Under the pieces are notes generated by a model. That model was not told where the DNA came from and made no database searches. It saw only the letters and a program-made list of their open reading frames with translations. DNA of 64,000 nucleotides. It comes from Bacteroidaceae bacterium (GTDB lineage Bacteria; Bacillota; Clostridia; Lachnospirales; Lachnospiraceae). Of the stretch, positions 1-9,253 are shown piece by piece (the first letter of the stretch is position 1; every line of letters starts with the position of its first letter). The DNA lies in the NCBI GenBank assembly GCA_963620785.1, contig CAVFAT010000051.1, forward strand, positions 13,416 to 77,415, read 5' to 3'. The position numbers and the translations under genes are program-made.

Positions 1-496
1 CTCCGGCCTTTGCCTCTTCCAGATTCTGACAGATCAAAACGCCCTTTCCAAGAGCCAGTCCGTCTGCTTTCAGAACGATCGGGAATTTTGCTCCTTCCAG
101 ATAAGCAACTGCCTTTTCATAATCATCAAAGGTCTCATAAGCAGCTGTCGGAATATTGTATTTTTTCATCAGTTCTTTTGAAAAAGCCTTTGATCCCTCA
201 ATAATCGCTGCATTCTTGCGGGGGCCAAATACTCGAAGGCCTTCTTTTTCAAATACATCCACGATACCGCCAACCAGAGGATCGTCCATTCCGATAACTG
301 TCAGATCAATCTCTTTTTCTTTTGCAAAGGCAAGCAGCTTATCAAACTCCATTGCCTTGATCGGTACCAGCTCAGCAAGAGCTGCAATTCCCGCATTTCC
401 GGGTGCACAGTAAATCTTATCTGCCTTCGGACTCTTTGCAAGCGCTGTTACAATTGCATGCTCACGTCCACCGCTTCCAACTACAAGAACTTTCAT
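1..496 (-). CDS. purD: Phosphoribosylamine--glycine ligase (GAR synthetase), N-terminal part; the gene runs off the left edge
   Basis: Absent from the ORF track because no stop lies in the window. Reverse complement from the ATG at 496-494 reads MKVLVVGSGGREHAIVTALAKSPKADKIYCAPGNAGIA..., the canonical PurD N-terminus. An AGGAG-like RBS lies upstream, and the gene follows purN as in pur operons. Confidence 0.9.
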   Translation of the reverse strand, partial: MKVLVVGSGGREHAIVTALAKSPKADKIYCAPGNAGIAALAELVPIKAMEFDKLLAFAKEKEIDLTVIGMDDPLVGGIVDVFEKEGLRVFGPRKNAAIIEGSKAFSKELMKKYNIPTAAYETFDDYEKAVAYLEGAKFPIVLKADGLALGKGVLICQNLEEAKAG

Positions 497-542
497 GGTT
501 CTCTCCTATCCGGCCTTTCAGCCAAGTACTCTATTTTTGGAA

Positions 543-1169
543 TTATTCTCTAATCTTTGCAATGCCGTCTTCAACATAAACCTTATCGTTTGCAATCAGA
601 TCAATTGCCTTGGGAAGCAGAATCCATTCTGCTTCTTCCATCACTCTCTGCTGAAGACTCTTTGCTGTATCATCCTGTCTGATTTCCACTGCCTTCTGCA
701 GAATAATGGGACCTGTATCGGTTCCTTCATCTACAAAATGCACCGTTGCTCCGGTTACCTTTACGCCTCTTGCCAAAGCACCCTCGTGCACCTTCAGACC
801 ATAATAGCCTGTACCGCAGAAAGAAGGAATCAGGGAAGGATGTACATTGATGATTCTGTTTTTGTATAAGCGGATCATCTCCTCCGGAATCACAACAAGG
901 AAGCCTGCCAGAACAACCAGATCGATTTCTGCCTCCTGCAGTTCAGAAATCAGAGCCTTATGAAAAAGCTCCCGATTCTCATAGGACTTGGGTGAAATCA
1001 CAAGATTCTTAATCCCTGCCTTTTCTGCCCGCTCCAGAGCATAAACGCCTGCATTGTTGGATATGACAAGAGAAATTCTTGCATTTGTAATCCTTCCGTC
1101 AGCAACCGAATCAATAATTGCCTGAAGATTTGTTCCTCCTCCGGAAACAAGGACTGCTACATTTAGCAT
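543..1169 (-). CDS. purN: Phosphoribosylglycinamide formyltransferase
   Basis: 208 aa. Contains [15 protein letters not shown] and [12 protein letters not shown] motifs typical of PurN. Overlaps purM by 7 nt. Confidence 0.93.
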   Translation of the reverse strand: MLNVAVLVSGGGTNLQAIIDSVADGRITNARISLVISNNAGVYALERAEKAGIKNLVISPKSYENRELFHKALISELQEAEIDLVVLAGFLVVIPEEMIRLYKNRIINVHPSLIPSFCGTGYYGLKVHEGALARGVKVTGATVHFVDEGTDTGPIILQKAVEIRQDDTAKSLQQRVMEEAEWILLPKAIDLIANDKVYVEDGIAKIRE

Positions 1170-2188
1170 AAAGTAACTCCTTTTTCTCCATCTTCGATCT
1201 TACCAACTACAAAGGCCTTTTCGCCTGCAGCTTCAATAGCGGAAATTGCAGCATCCACATCCTTGGGATCAAGCGCCAGCATCATGCCGATACCCATATT
1301 GTAGGTATTGTACATCATCTCTTCTGCCACATTTCCTTCCTTAGCCATAAGCTTGAAGATCGGCGGAACCTCATAAGAATCTTTCTCAACAATTGCTCTT
1401 TTTCCTTCCGGAAGCATACGCGGAATATTTTCATAGAAACCGCCGCCGGTAATGTGGCTGCAGCCCTTGATGGTTACGCCGCTTTCTCTCACACTGCGAA
1501 GAGCCTTTACATAAATCTTTGTCGGTGCAAGAAGAACCTCTCCTAAGCTTGCGCCCAGCTCTTCTCTATAGCTTGTAAGGGAAGCCTTTGTCATCGGGAA
1601 AATCTTTCTGACAAGGGAAAATCCATTGCTGTGTACACCTGAGGAAGCAATTCCGACAAGTACATCTCCGGCTGCAATATCCTTTCCTGTGATCAGATCT
1701 TTCTGATCAACTACACCTACTGCAAATCCTGCCAGATCATATTCGTCTTCCGGATAAAAGCCCGGCATTTCTGCAGTTTCACCGCCGATCAGGGCTGCAT
1801 CGGACTGTACACAGCCTTCTGCTACACCGCTAACGATGGTTGCAATCTTTTCCGGATCGTTCTTGCCGCAGGCAATATAATCCAGGAAGAAAAGCGGCTC
1901 ACCGCCGGCACAGGCAATGTCATTTACACACATGGCAACACAGTCAATACCGATTGTATCGTGCTTGTCCAGAAGAAAAGCCAGTTTCAGCTTTGTTCCG
2001 ACACCATCTGTTCCGGATACCAGAGTCGGATGCTCCATATCCTTGAATTTGTCAGCAGAAAATGCACCGGAAAATCCGCCAAGTCCGGTCAGAACTTCCT
2101 CACGCATGGTACGCTGAACATGTTTCTTCATCAGCTCAACTGACTTGTAGCCAGCCTCAATATCTACTCCAGCATTCTTGTAATCCAT
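1163..2188 (-). CDS. purM: Phosphoribosylformylglycinamidine cyclo-ligase (AIR synthetase)
   Basis: 341 aa. Contains DGVGTKL and GGETAEMPG motifs. Sits in a pur gene context. Confidence 0.95.
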   Translation of the reverse strand: MDYKNAGVDIEAGYKSVELMKKHVQRTMREEVLTGLGGFSGAFSADKFKDMEHPTLVSGTDGVGTKLKLAFLLDKHDTIGIDCVAMCVNDIACAGGEPLFFLDYIACGKNDPEKIATIVSGVAEGCVQSDAALIGGETAEMPGFYPEDEYDLAGFAVGVVDQKDLITGKDIAAGDVLVGIASSGVHSNGFSLVRKIFPMTKASLTSYREELGASLGEVLLAPTKIYVKALRSVRESGVTIKGCSHITGGGFYENIPRMLPEGKRAIVEKDSYEVPPIFKLMAKEGNVAEEMMYNTYNMGIGMMLALDPKDVDAAISAIEAAGEKAFVVGKIEDGEKGVTLC

Positions 2189-2199
2189 AGTTTCCTCCC

Positions 2200-2706
2200 T
2201 TACTTTGCGTAGTCCTTACGTCCAACTTCTTTTAACTTTGCATCCTTTGCCACAACTTCATTTTTCATATTTTCTGTATAAGACTTAAGCTTGGCAAGCA
2301 GCTCCGGATCGGAAGCAGCCAGAATCTTTGCTGCGAGAATACCGGCATTTTTTCCACCGTTAATCGCAACAGTTGCTACCGGAATACCGGAAGGCATCTG
2401 CACGATGGAATAAAGAGAATCCACACCTCCAAGATCTGAGGTTTTCATCGGGATACCGATAACCGGCAGGGGAAAGAGTGCAGCGCACATTCCCGGAAGA
2501 TGAGCAGCTTTTCCTGCTCCGGCAATAATAACCTTCATGCCCTTCTCTTCTGCTGATTTTGCCCAGTCAAAAAAGATGTCCGGTTCTCTGTGTGCAGAAA
2601 TAATGGTCATCTCATAATCAATTCCAAACTGGTCAAGAATATCTGCTGCCTGATTCATGATCGGAAGATCAGAATCACTGCCCATAACAATACCAACTTC
2701 AGCCAT
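2200..2706 (-). CDS. purE: 5-(carboxyamino)imidazole ribonucleotide mutase
   Basis: Has the [15 protein letters not shown] start region (MGSxSD motif). I moved the start to the internal ATG at 2706 because AAAGGAG lies 8 nt upstream; the longest ORF begins at 2736. Confidence 0.93.
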   Translation of the reverse strand: MAEVGIVMGSDSDLPIMNQAADILDQFGIDYEMTIISAHREPDIFFDWAKSAEEKGMKVIIAGAGKAAHLPGMCAALFPLPVIGIPMKTSDLGGVDSLYSIVQMPSGIPVATVAINGGKNAGILAAKILAASDPELLAKLKSYTENMKNEVVAKDAKLKEVGRKDYAK

Positions 2707-2741
2707 GATTTTTTCTCCTTTTTGTCTATCTTTCATTTATC

Positions 2742-4829
2742 TTAAATTCCCTCAAGAGGGATATTTAATTCTTCTGTACCCGGCAAAACAAACCTGCCGT
2801 CCCGGATCAACTCAATCCTGCTTTCATCTTTCTTTAGAACTTCAATACATTCCAGTTCTTCAAAGGGAAGCGTAATATCCGTATGGCAATTGAAATATGC
2901 CTTGGAAGGATCTTCTTCCCTTAAATCTGCAAATTTGTTGGAACGGGCCACGATTTTTTTGCCATCCGGATTATAGGTAATCATATCCTCCTGATGAGAA
3001 TAACAGGTATCACCCAAAGCAAAATGGGGTCCGGTCTTTTCTGCAATCAGAATCGGCAGCTTGTCCGCAATTCCATAGTCCTTGCCCATCCGATAGGCTG
3101 TCGTATTGGTGCCAATCGCAAATTCACCCAAAGGAAGGAATTCATGATCATATAATACATTGGATCGGAAATATTTTTGATTTTCTTCCTCATCCTCAAA
3201 ATTAGAAAGGGAATATTCTGTGACGATACCGTCCCTGAACTGAATCTTTAAATTTCTGTATTCCAATCCGTTCAAATATACCTTAGATACATGAAGAATG
3301 CCATTTGTTCCTTCCAAAACAGGCGAAGTAAAAACCTCTCCTACCGGAATATTAACATCTGCCACACAATTTTCAAAGATGCTTTCCTTTGCAGGATCCT
3401 CCAGTTCCCAAAGCTGAACTGTGATATCGGTCTGATTGTCACCCTTTCCCTTTACATGAGCTGCATATCCCTGATCCAGGGCATCGATCAGCTTCTGCTG
3501 GATCTTCTGATATTTTTCATAATCAAGGGTATTGATCTCTGCCGTTTTCCGGAAAATCTCTTCAAAATTATCTCCAATCGACGGAACCGGATAAGAAATA
3601 ATGGTAAAACTTCTCTTATCTCCCGGAATGTACCGATTGGTAATCCGGCCGGATTCTGCTGTCTGATAAACACGGAGAGACTGCTGCTTCTCACTAAACT
3701 GAGCTCTGCTTTCCTTAATAACAGGAACAAAAGGAAACTCGCCAAAAACCTCTACCACTGCAGGACCGGCAAATGCCAGTGCTTCTTCTTTGTATTTTTC
3801 GTAAGCCACTGTAAGGGTTTCCAGCCTTCTCTTTACCAAGGCCTTATCCAGATAGATGCTCTGATCATTCGCATGATCAAAGTCATACTGGGGATTCGGC
3901 GACAGACTGCAAAAGCCGATCCGAAGGCTTCCATTTCTGCTGAAGGATGTAGCTGAAACTCGGTAAATCGTTGCTTCCAGACCCATTTTTTCAAAATTTC
4001 GGATTGCGGCCCGGATCATTCTTTCAAAACCGATATTATAACGGATATTGACCGTTTTCTTTTCGGAAAGATCGATTCCGGCAAGTTCAAATCCCTTGCG
4101 GTAGCCTTCTGTATAGGTATCGGCCATTTTTTGAATCATTTCATCTGAAAAGGTGTTCAAAAAACCTGCGACTTTTTCCTCTGTATCGGAAATATATTCT
4201 CCGAATTCATAGAGATAAGACAGATCGCTCAGATCCGCCTCCATGATAATATCCTTGGCAAAGGTCAGGGAAGGGTCTACGGTATTTCTTACACTCTGCT
4301 CACTGAAAAGCTCGCTGTAATCATGGTAAAACCAATAAATCGCATCCTTTATACTTTCCAAAGAAGGCATCCCTTCCTCAAAAAGGCAAGCAATCTGAAG
4401 AAAAAGCTCTGAAAAAATCAGAAGCTGCTCAAATCTGCCCTCAAAGGCATATACGATCGAACCTCTCAGCTCGCTGTAAAGAAAAGATAAAAGCGGACCA
4501 TATTCTCCCAATCTTTTCTTTGCATAATCCGGCTCAGCAAAGCTCTTGTCGTAACCTTCTTCACCGGGCAAAATATCCTGATAAAGGGCATGATTGAAGC
4601 TTTTTTTCTCCTCCAGACTCCATTTTTTCCAATTTCCGCTCAGCTTTTCATCGAAAATCCGATAGGTCTGCAGAAGAAAAGCAGCTGTTGAGGAAAAATA
4701 CTCCTGATAAGCCCCGGAGGAAATTCCTTCCTCCGCAAGCTGTGCGATTCTTCCTCTTGCCAGCTCAAAGCGTTCAATCAGATAATCATCTTCTTTTTCA
4801 AATAACTCTTGATAATCCATCTGTATCAT
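2742..4829 (-). CDS. Large aminopeptidase-like protein: C-terminal M29/aminopeptidase-T-like region plus an unassigned N-terminal extension of about 300 aa
   Basis: 695 aa. The C-terminal part (GTNTTAY..., GPHFALGD) resembles thermophilic metalloprotease M29 family members. I do not recognise the N-terminal half. Confidence 0.55.
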   Translation of the reverse strand: MIQMDYQELFEKEDDYLIERFELARGRIAQLAEEGISSGAYQEYFSSTAAFLLQTYRIFDEKLSGNWKKWSLEEKKSFNHALYQDILPGEEGYDKSFAEPDYAKKRLGEYGPLLSFLYSELRGSIVYAFEGRFEQLLIFSELFLQIACLFEEGMPSLESIKDAIYWFYHDYSELFSEQSVRNTVDPSLTFAKDIIMEADLSDLSYLYEFGEYISDTEEKVAGFLNTFSDEMIQKMADTYTEGYRKGFELAGIDLSEKKTVNIRYNIGFERMIRAAIRNFEKMGLEATIYRVSATSFSRNGSLRIGFCSLSPNPQYDFDHANDQSIYLDKALVKRRLETLTVAYEKYKEEALAFAGPAVVEVFGEFPFVPVIKESRAQFSEKQQSLRVYQTAESGRITNRYIPGDKRSFTIISYPVPSIGDNFEEIFRKTAEINTLDYEKYQKIQQKLIDALDQGYAAHVKGKGDNQTDITVQLWELEDPAKESIFENCVADVNIPVGEVFTSPVLEGTNGILHVSKVYLNGLEYRNLKIQFRDGIVTEYSLSNFEDEEENQKYFRSNVLYDHEFLPLGEFAIGTNTTAYRMGKDYGIADKLPILIAEKTGPHFALGDTCYSHQEDMITYNPDGKKIVARSNKFADLREEDPSKAYFNCHTDITLPFEELECIEVLKKDESRIELIRDGRFVLPGTEELNIPLEGI

Positions 4830-4836
4830 CCATTTC

Positions 4837-5202
4837 TTAGATAATGCCTATGACGAATACGATCAGCCAAAGCAAAACCGTAAAGGAACACAGCCAAAGA
4901 CCAACTCTTGGCAGTCTGAGATCAATATCTGCCACATTTCTCTCTCCTGCTGCCAGAATTGCACCAAAAAATGCAATCAATCCCGCGCTCATTCCTGCAC
5001 CGCCAGCCGTATAATCGGCAGAAGCTCCGCTCATTGCCGAATAATAGACCAAAAGAGGAAAAAAGGACAAAGAAACAAGTCCCAAAATCAAAGCAAGCAA
5101 ACCAAAAAAGGAAAACTTCTTCTTGCCGACCGCAAGTGAATATGCCGCCTTGTCTTTTTTTATATTATGTTTGAATTTTTTACTTTTTTTCTTTAGTGCC
5201 AT
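4837..5202 (-). CDS. Small integral membrane protein (basic N-terminus, about 3 TM segments), unknown function
   Basis: 121 aa. Lys-rich N-terminus followed by hydrophobic helices. Packed between vanZ and the aminopeptidase, and overlaps the vanZ 3' end by 23 nt. Confidence 0.5.
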   Translation of the reverse strand: MALKKKSKKFKHNIKKDKAAYSLAVGKKKFSFFGLLALILGLVSLSFFPLLVYYSAMSGASADYTAGGAGMSAGLIAFFGAILAAGERNVADIDLRLPRVGLWLCSFTVLLWLIVFVIGII

Positions 5203-5656
5203 TATAAATTAATCTGCCATAATAGAGTATTACAAAAATCCCATATCCGATCAGGCCGCCCAGCGTATTCATCATAATATCATCGATATCAAAAATGCCT
5301 ACCTTGAAGGTCAGCTGGATCAATTCTACGCAAAGGCTCACATCGAAGCTCAAAAAAGCAACTAATCCGGCTGAACGGAATCTTCTTGAAAAAGCCGGCA
5401 AAAGCATACCAAAGGGCAAAAATCCAACGATATTTCCGGCCAGATTGCTGATAACCTGATGAATTCCTATCTGTTTCCGGTATATCCAGAATCTTTTGAT
5501 CTCCGCAAAAGGAATCAGATTATAACGATAGCTGCGATTTGCCATGGTTCTGTCATATTCCTCATAAAAGATCAAGAGATAGATCAATATTAAAAGATAG
5601 ATCAGAAAACAGACCAGACAGAAAAATTTAATCAGCTTTTTTCTGTCTATTTTCAA
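5180..5656 (-). CDS. VanZ-family membrane protein
   Basis: 158 aa. Contains NLIPFAEI..., NIVGFLPFGMLLP and DIDDIMMNTLGGLIGY, which match the VanZ-like pattern. Confidence 0.75.
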   Translation of the reverse strand: MKIDRKKLIKFFCLVCFLIYLLILIYLLIFYEEYDRTMANRSYRYNLIPFAEIKRFWIYRKQIGIHQVISNLAGNIVGFLPFGMLLPAFSRRFRSAGLVAFLSFDVSLCVELIQLTFKVGIFDIDDIMMNTLGGLIGYGIFVILYYGRLIYNGTKEKK

Positions 5657-5659
5657 GAA

Positions 5660-6334
5660 TTATTTTACTCCGTACTCTTCATAATATGCATCAATTGCAG
5701 CCTTGATCTTATTATCGATCACGATCTTTCCCTTGTAGGGTTTGTTGTAGAGATGCTCTACTACTTCTGCCATTGTTACGATCGCTGTTGTCTTCAGACC
5801 GTAGTTCTCCTGAATCTCGCTCAGAGCTGACTTTTCACCCTGGCCTCTTTCCATTCGATCTACGGAAACAACCAATCCCAGTACATCCACATCACCCTGT
5901 GCCTTGATGATAGGCATCGTCTCTTTGATAGAGGTTCCTGCCGTTGTAACATCCTCAATGATTACGACCTTGTCTCCGTCTGCAATCGGAGAACCCAGGA
6001 GGATACCGGTATCTCCGTGATCCTTTACTTCCTTACGGTTTGAGCAATAACGAATATCTGCCTCATATTCCTCTTCCATAGCAATGCTTGCTGCAACGGA
6101 AAGCGGGATTCCCTTATAGGCCGGTCCGAAAAGAATATCAAAGTCCGTACCAAAAGCGTCCTTGATCGCACGTGCATAGTACTTTCCCAGTCTCTTCAGC
6201 TGTCCGCCGCTTCTGTAGAAGCCCGTATTAATGAAAAAGGGAGTTTTCCTTCCGCTCTTTGTTACAAAATCGCCAAATTTCAGCACGCCGCAATCTACCA
6301 TAAATTCGATAAATTCCTCTTTATATCTTTCCAT
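5660..6334 (-). CDS. pyrE: Orotate phosphoribosyltransferase
   Basis: 224 aa. Has the PRPP-binding motif VVIIEDVTTAGTS. Sits in a pyr gene context. Confidence 0.92.
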   Translation of the reverse strand: MERYKEEFIEFMVDCGVLKFGDFVTKSGRKTPFFINTGFYRSGGQLKRLGKYYARAIKDAFGTDFDILFGPAYKGIPLSVAASIAMEEEYEADIRYCSNRKEVKDHGDTGILLGSPIADGDKVVIIEDVTTAGTSIKETMPIIKAQGDVDVLGLVVSVDRMERGQGEKSALSEIQENYGLKTTAIVTMAEVVEHLYNKPYKGKIVIDNKIKAAIDAYYEEYGVK

Positions 6335-6409
6335 TTTGCTTTTCTCCTTTTTCTATTAATGAATTGCTTTTCGCTTTTTCTTGTTCGCTTTGTATGATTT
6401 GCTTTATCT

Positions 6410-7315
6410 TTATTCTGCAGCGCCGATCAATTCCCTGATATCCTCAATGTGATTATCCAGCAGGTACTGCTTTATTCCTTCTGCAACCTCCTGGGCAGCA
6501 AAAGGATTATGAAAGCTGGCTGTTCCGACCGCTACCATCGTTGCACCGGCTAATATCATTTCGATTGCATCTTCTGCATTTGAAATACCGCCCATTCCAA
6601 TGATCGGAAGCTTAATGGCATGAGAAACATCATAGCACATCCTGACGGCAATCGGGTGTACTGCCGGACCTGACATGCCTCCTGTTTTGTTTGCAAGAAG
6701 GATTCGTCTGCTTTTTGTATCGATTTTCATTCCGGTCAGCGTATTGATCAGAGATACACCATCTGCACCTCCTGCTTCTACCGCACGGGCAATCTCTGTG
6801 ATATCCGTAACATTCGGTGTCAGCTTCATAATAACCGGCTGAGCTGCTCTTTTCTTTACTTCCTTTGTAACAAGCTCCGCCATCTTCGGATCTGTACCAA
6901 AGGTAATGCCGCCTTCCTTTACATTCGGACAGGAAATGTTAATCTCCAGAAGATCCACGTCCTTTTCATCAGCAAGGCGTTCCACAACTTCCGTATATTC
7001 ATCAATAGAATGTCCACATACATTGACGATTACTCTTGTGTCATAATTTTTCAAAAAGGGAAGATCTCTTTTTAAAAAGACATCGATTCCGGGATTCTGC
7101 AGGCCGATTGCATTCAGCATGCCGCCATAGGTTTCTGCTACACGGGGAAGCTCATTCCCTGCCCAGGGCTTATTGGCAACACCCTTCGTTGTAACAGCTC
7201 CCAATTGATTCAAATCCACAAACTGGGAAAATTCCATTCCGGAGCCAAATGTGCCTGATGCAGTCGTAACCGGATTTTTCATTTTAACGCCGGCAAAGGT
7301 CACTTCTGTATTCAT
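6410..7315 (-). CDS. pyrD: Dihydroorotate dehydrogenase B (class 1B), catalytic subunit
   Basis: 301 aa. Has an active-site Cys motif NISCPNV. Immediately downstream of pyrK with a 1-nt overlap. Confidence 0.94.
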   Translation of the reverse strand: MNTEVTFAGVKMKNPVTTASGTFGSGMEFSQFVDLNQLGAVTTKGVANKPWAGNELPRVAETYGGMLNAIGLQNPGIDVFLKRDLPFLKNYDTRVIVNVCGHSIDEYTEVVERLADEKDVDLLEINISCPNVKEGGITFGTDPKMAELVTKEVKKRAAQPVIMKLTPNVTDITEIARAVEAGGADGVSLINTLTGMKIDTKSRRILLANKTGGMSGPAVHPIAVRMCYDVSHAIKLPIIGMGGISNAEDAIEMILAGATMVAVGTASFHNPFAAQEVAEGIKQYLLDNHIEDIRELIGAAE

Positions 7316-8100
7316 TACAATTCCACCTCTCTTGCTTCAAATACCGGTCCTTCTACACAAACACGGGCATTATTCACCTGTGAATGTTCATCCTTTTCCT
7401 TTGTCTTGCATACGCAGGCAAGACAGGCACCGATTCCGCAGGCCATTCTCTGCTCTAAGGAAAGATAAGCCGGCAGTTCCTGCTCAATCGCAAGTGCCTT
7501 TAATCCCTTCAGCATAGGCGTTGGTCCACAGGCAAAAAAGGCATCTCCCTCAAGCTCTCCAAGACGAATCGCGTCGACTACCGTTCCATGAATGCCAACA
7601 CTGCCATCATCTGTAGAAATGATCAGCTTTCCGTATTTCTGAAATTCATCCGCAAGGAAAAGATCCTGATCTCTATAGCCCAGAACAAACTGCACTTCTT
7701 TTCCCTGCTCAAAAAACTGCTTTCCAAGCTCCAGCATCGGCGGAACACCAATTCCACCGCCTACAAGGATCGGATGCTCTGCATTCAGCTCATAGCCATT
7801 GCCCAGCGGGCCCAGAACATCCAACTGATCTCCGCTTTTCAATTCTGAAAACTCTGCTGTTCCCGTATGCTCACCTGTCACACGATAGACCAGTCTGATC
7901 TGGCCCTTTTCTTTATCAATCCCACAAAGGGAAATCGGTCTGGGCAGAAGTTTTGAAGCATTTTTGCTGTATACATTTACAAACTGCCCTGCCTTTGCAG
8001 TCTCCGCAATCTCATCTGCCTGAAGGAGAAGATCAAAGATTCCGTCGGCCAGACATCCTTGACTGATTACTTCTGTGGTCATTTTTTTCATTTTTATCAC
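7315..8100 (-). CDS. pyrK: Dihydroorotate dehydrogenase B electron-transfer subunit (FAD/2Fe-2S)
   Basis: 261 aa. Has the C-terminal cluster motif CGIGACLACVC and a ferredoxin-reductase-like fold. The choice among several N-terminal Met codons is uncertain. Confidence 0.9.
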   Translation of the reverse strand: MIKMKKMTTEVISQGCLADGIFDLLLQADEIAETAKAGQFVNVYSKNASKLLPRPISLCGIDKEKGQIRLVYRVTGEHTGTAEFSELKSGDQLDVLGPLGNGYELNAEHPILVGGGIGVPPMLELGKQFFEQGKEVQFVLGYRDQDLFLADEFQKYGKLIISTDDGSVGIHGTVVDAIRLGELEGDAFFACGPTPMLKGLKALAIEQELPAYLSLEQRMACGIGACLACVCKTKEKDEHSQVNNARVCVEGPVFEAREVEL

Positions 8101-9014
8101 CTGTATTGATTAATATCTGCGATCATATCTTCTGTTGCCTTACGACTTGCCTCTGCAAAATGCTCTGCTCCATAGGAAGCATAAGCCTCTTTTGTATAAG
8201 CACAAATGATTCCTCTGGAGGAATTGATGATCGCACCCAGTCCATCTTTATTAAAGTAAGCAGCAAGATCCTCTGCCTTTCCGCCCTGTGCACCGTAACC
8301 CGGCACCAGAATGAAGGTCTTTGGCATAACCTTGCGCAGATAGGCACCCATTTCCGGATAGGTAGCGCCTACAACTGCACCAACCCTGCTGTAATCGGAA
8401 CCCATGCAGCTCTCGCCCCATTCATTTACCTTCTCCGCTACATGTTCGTAAAGCGGCTTTCCATCGATAAGACGATCCTGAAATTCTCCGCTTGAAGGAT
8501 TGGAAGTCTTCACGAGAACAAAGATTCCCTTGTTATTTTCTCTGCAAACCTTCATAAAAGGTTCAATTCCGTCTGTACCCAAATAAGGATTTACCGTAGC
8601 AAAGTCTTCTTTGAAAGGCTCATAGCTCTTGGAGCCAATCTGAATCTTTCCTAAATGTCCAACTGCATAAGCTGCAGAGGTTGATCCAATATCACCTCTC
8701 TTGATATCACCGATTACGACCAGACCTTTTTCCTTGCAATATGCTACTGTCTTCTCATAAGCAGCCATACCTGCTACACCAAACTGCTCATACATAGCAA
8801 CCTGTGGCTTTACAGCCGGAATCAGATCATATACGGCATCTACGATTCCTTTATTAAACTGCCAGATCGCCTCTGCTGCTCCTTCCAGAGTCTCTCCGTA
8901 TTGCTCAAAAGCTTCTTTTTGTATGTAATCCGGCACATAGGAAAGCATCGGATCCAAACCAACTACCACCGGTGCATTTTTCTTCTGAATCTGTTCAATA
9001 AGCTGATCAATCAT
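8097..9014 (-). CDS. pyrF: Orotidine 5'-phosphate decarboxylase (long, type 2)
   Basis: 305 aa. Has the DIKRGDIGST motif. Overlaps pyrK by 4 nt. Confidence 0.92.
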   Translation of the reverse strand: MIDQLIEQIQKKNAPVVVGLDPMLSYVPDYIQKEAFEQYGETLEGAAEAIWQFNKGIVDAVYDLIPAVKPQVAMYEQFGVAGMAAYEKTVAYCKEKGLVVIGDIKRGDIGSTSAAYAVGHLGKIQIGSKSYEPFKEDFATVNPYLGTDGIEPFMKVCRENNKGIFVLVKTSNPSSGEFQDRLIDGKPLYEHVAEKVNEWGESCMGSDYSRVGAVVGATYPEMGAYLRKVMPKTFILVPGYGAQGGKAEDLAAYFNKDGLGAIINSSRGIICAYTKEAYASYGAEHFAEASRKATEDMIADINQYR

Positions 9015-9057
9015 TGCTTTACCCTCTTTTGCTGTATTATTGTTTTTTCTTTTCTTA

Positions 9058-9150
9058 TCATGCTTTCATTGTTATAACTGTTATCGCTGTAACCGCTGTT
9101 ACAATAAATGCTATTGCTATAACCCTTATTACTATAACGGTTGCTGTCAT
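9058..9150 (-). CDS. Candidate 30-aa hydrophobic small protein or leader peptide (MTATVIVIRVIAIAFIVTAVTAITVITMKA)
   Basis: Hand-translated; it falls below the ORF-track length cutoff. ATG at 9150-9148, TGA at 9060-9058. AGGAAAGGA lies 7-8 nt upstream. It sits between a good promoter (9194-9223) and pyrF (43 nt downstream). Confidence 0.3.
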   Translation of the reverse strand: MTATVIVIRVIAIAFIVTAVTAITVITMKA

Positions 9151-9193
9151 AGAAAATCCTTTCCTAAGGAATCAGCCTTCTACTCAAGCAAAT

Positions 9194-9223
9194 ATTTTAT
9201 CACAGGCAATCAATCCCGCTCAA
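9194..9223 (-). promoter_or_regulatory. Sigma-A-type promoter (TTGAGC-N18-TAAAAT with a TGn extended -10) for the small ORF and pyrFKDE
   Basis: Minus-strand read: TTGAGCGGGATTGATTGCCTGTGATAAAAT. Located just downstream of the hflX stop. Confidence 0.45.
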
Positions 9224-9253
9224 CCGTTTCAGGACAACTTTTCATTTTCTTCT

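Noticed and set aside
2707-2741. Expected purine riboswitch or PurR leader upstream of purE
   Set aside because: Only 35 nt separate purE from the preceding stop codon, and no riboswitch core sequence is present.
9015-9253. PyrR-binding attenuator upstream of pyrF
   Set aside because: I could not find the UCCAGAGAGG-type binding loop or a terminator/antiterminator pair. The only hairpin near the RBS is a short UCC-UUA-GGA stem.
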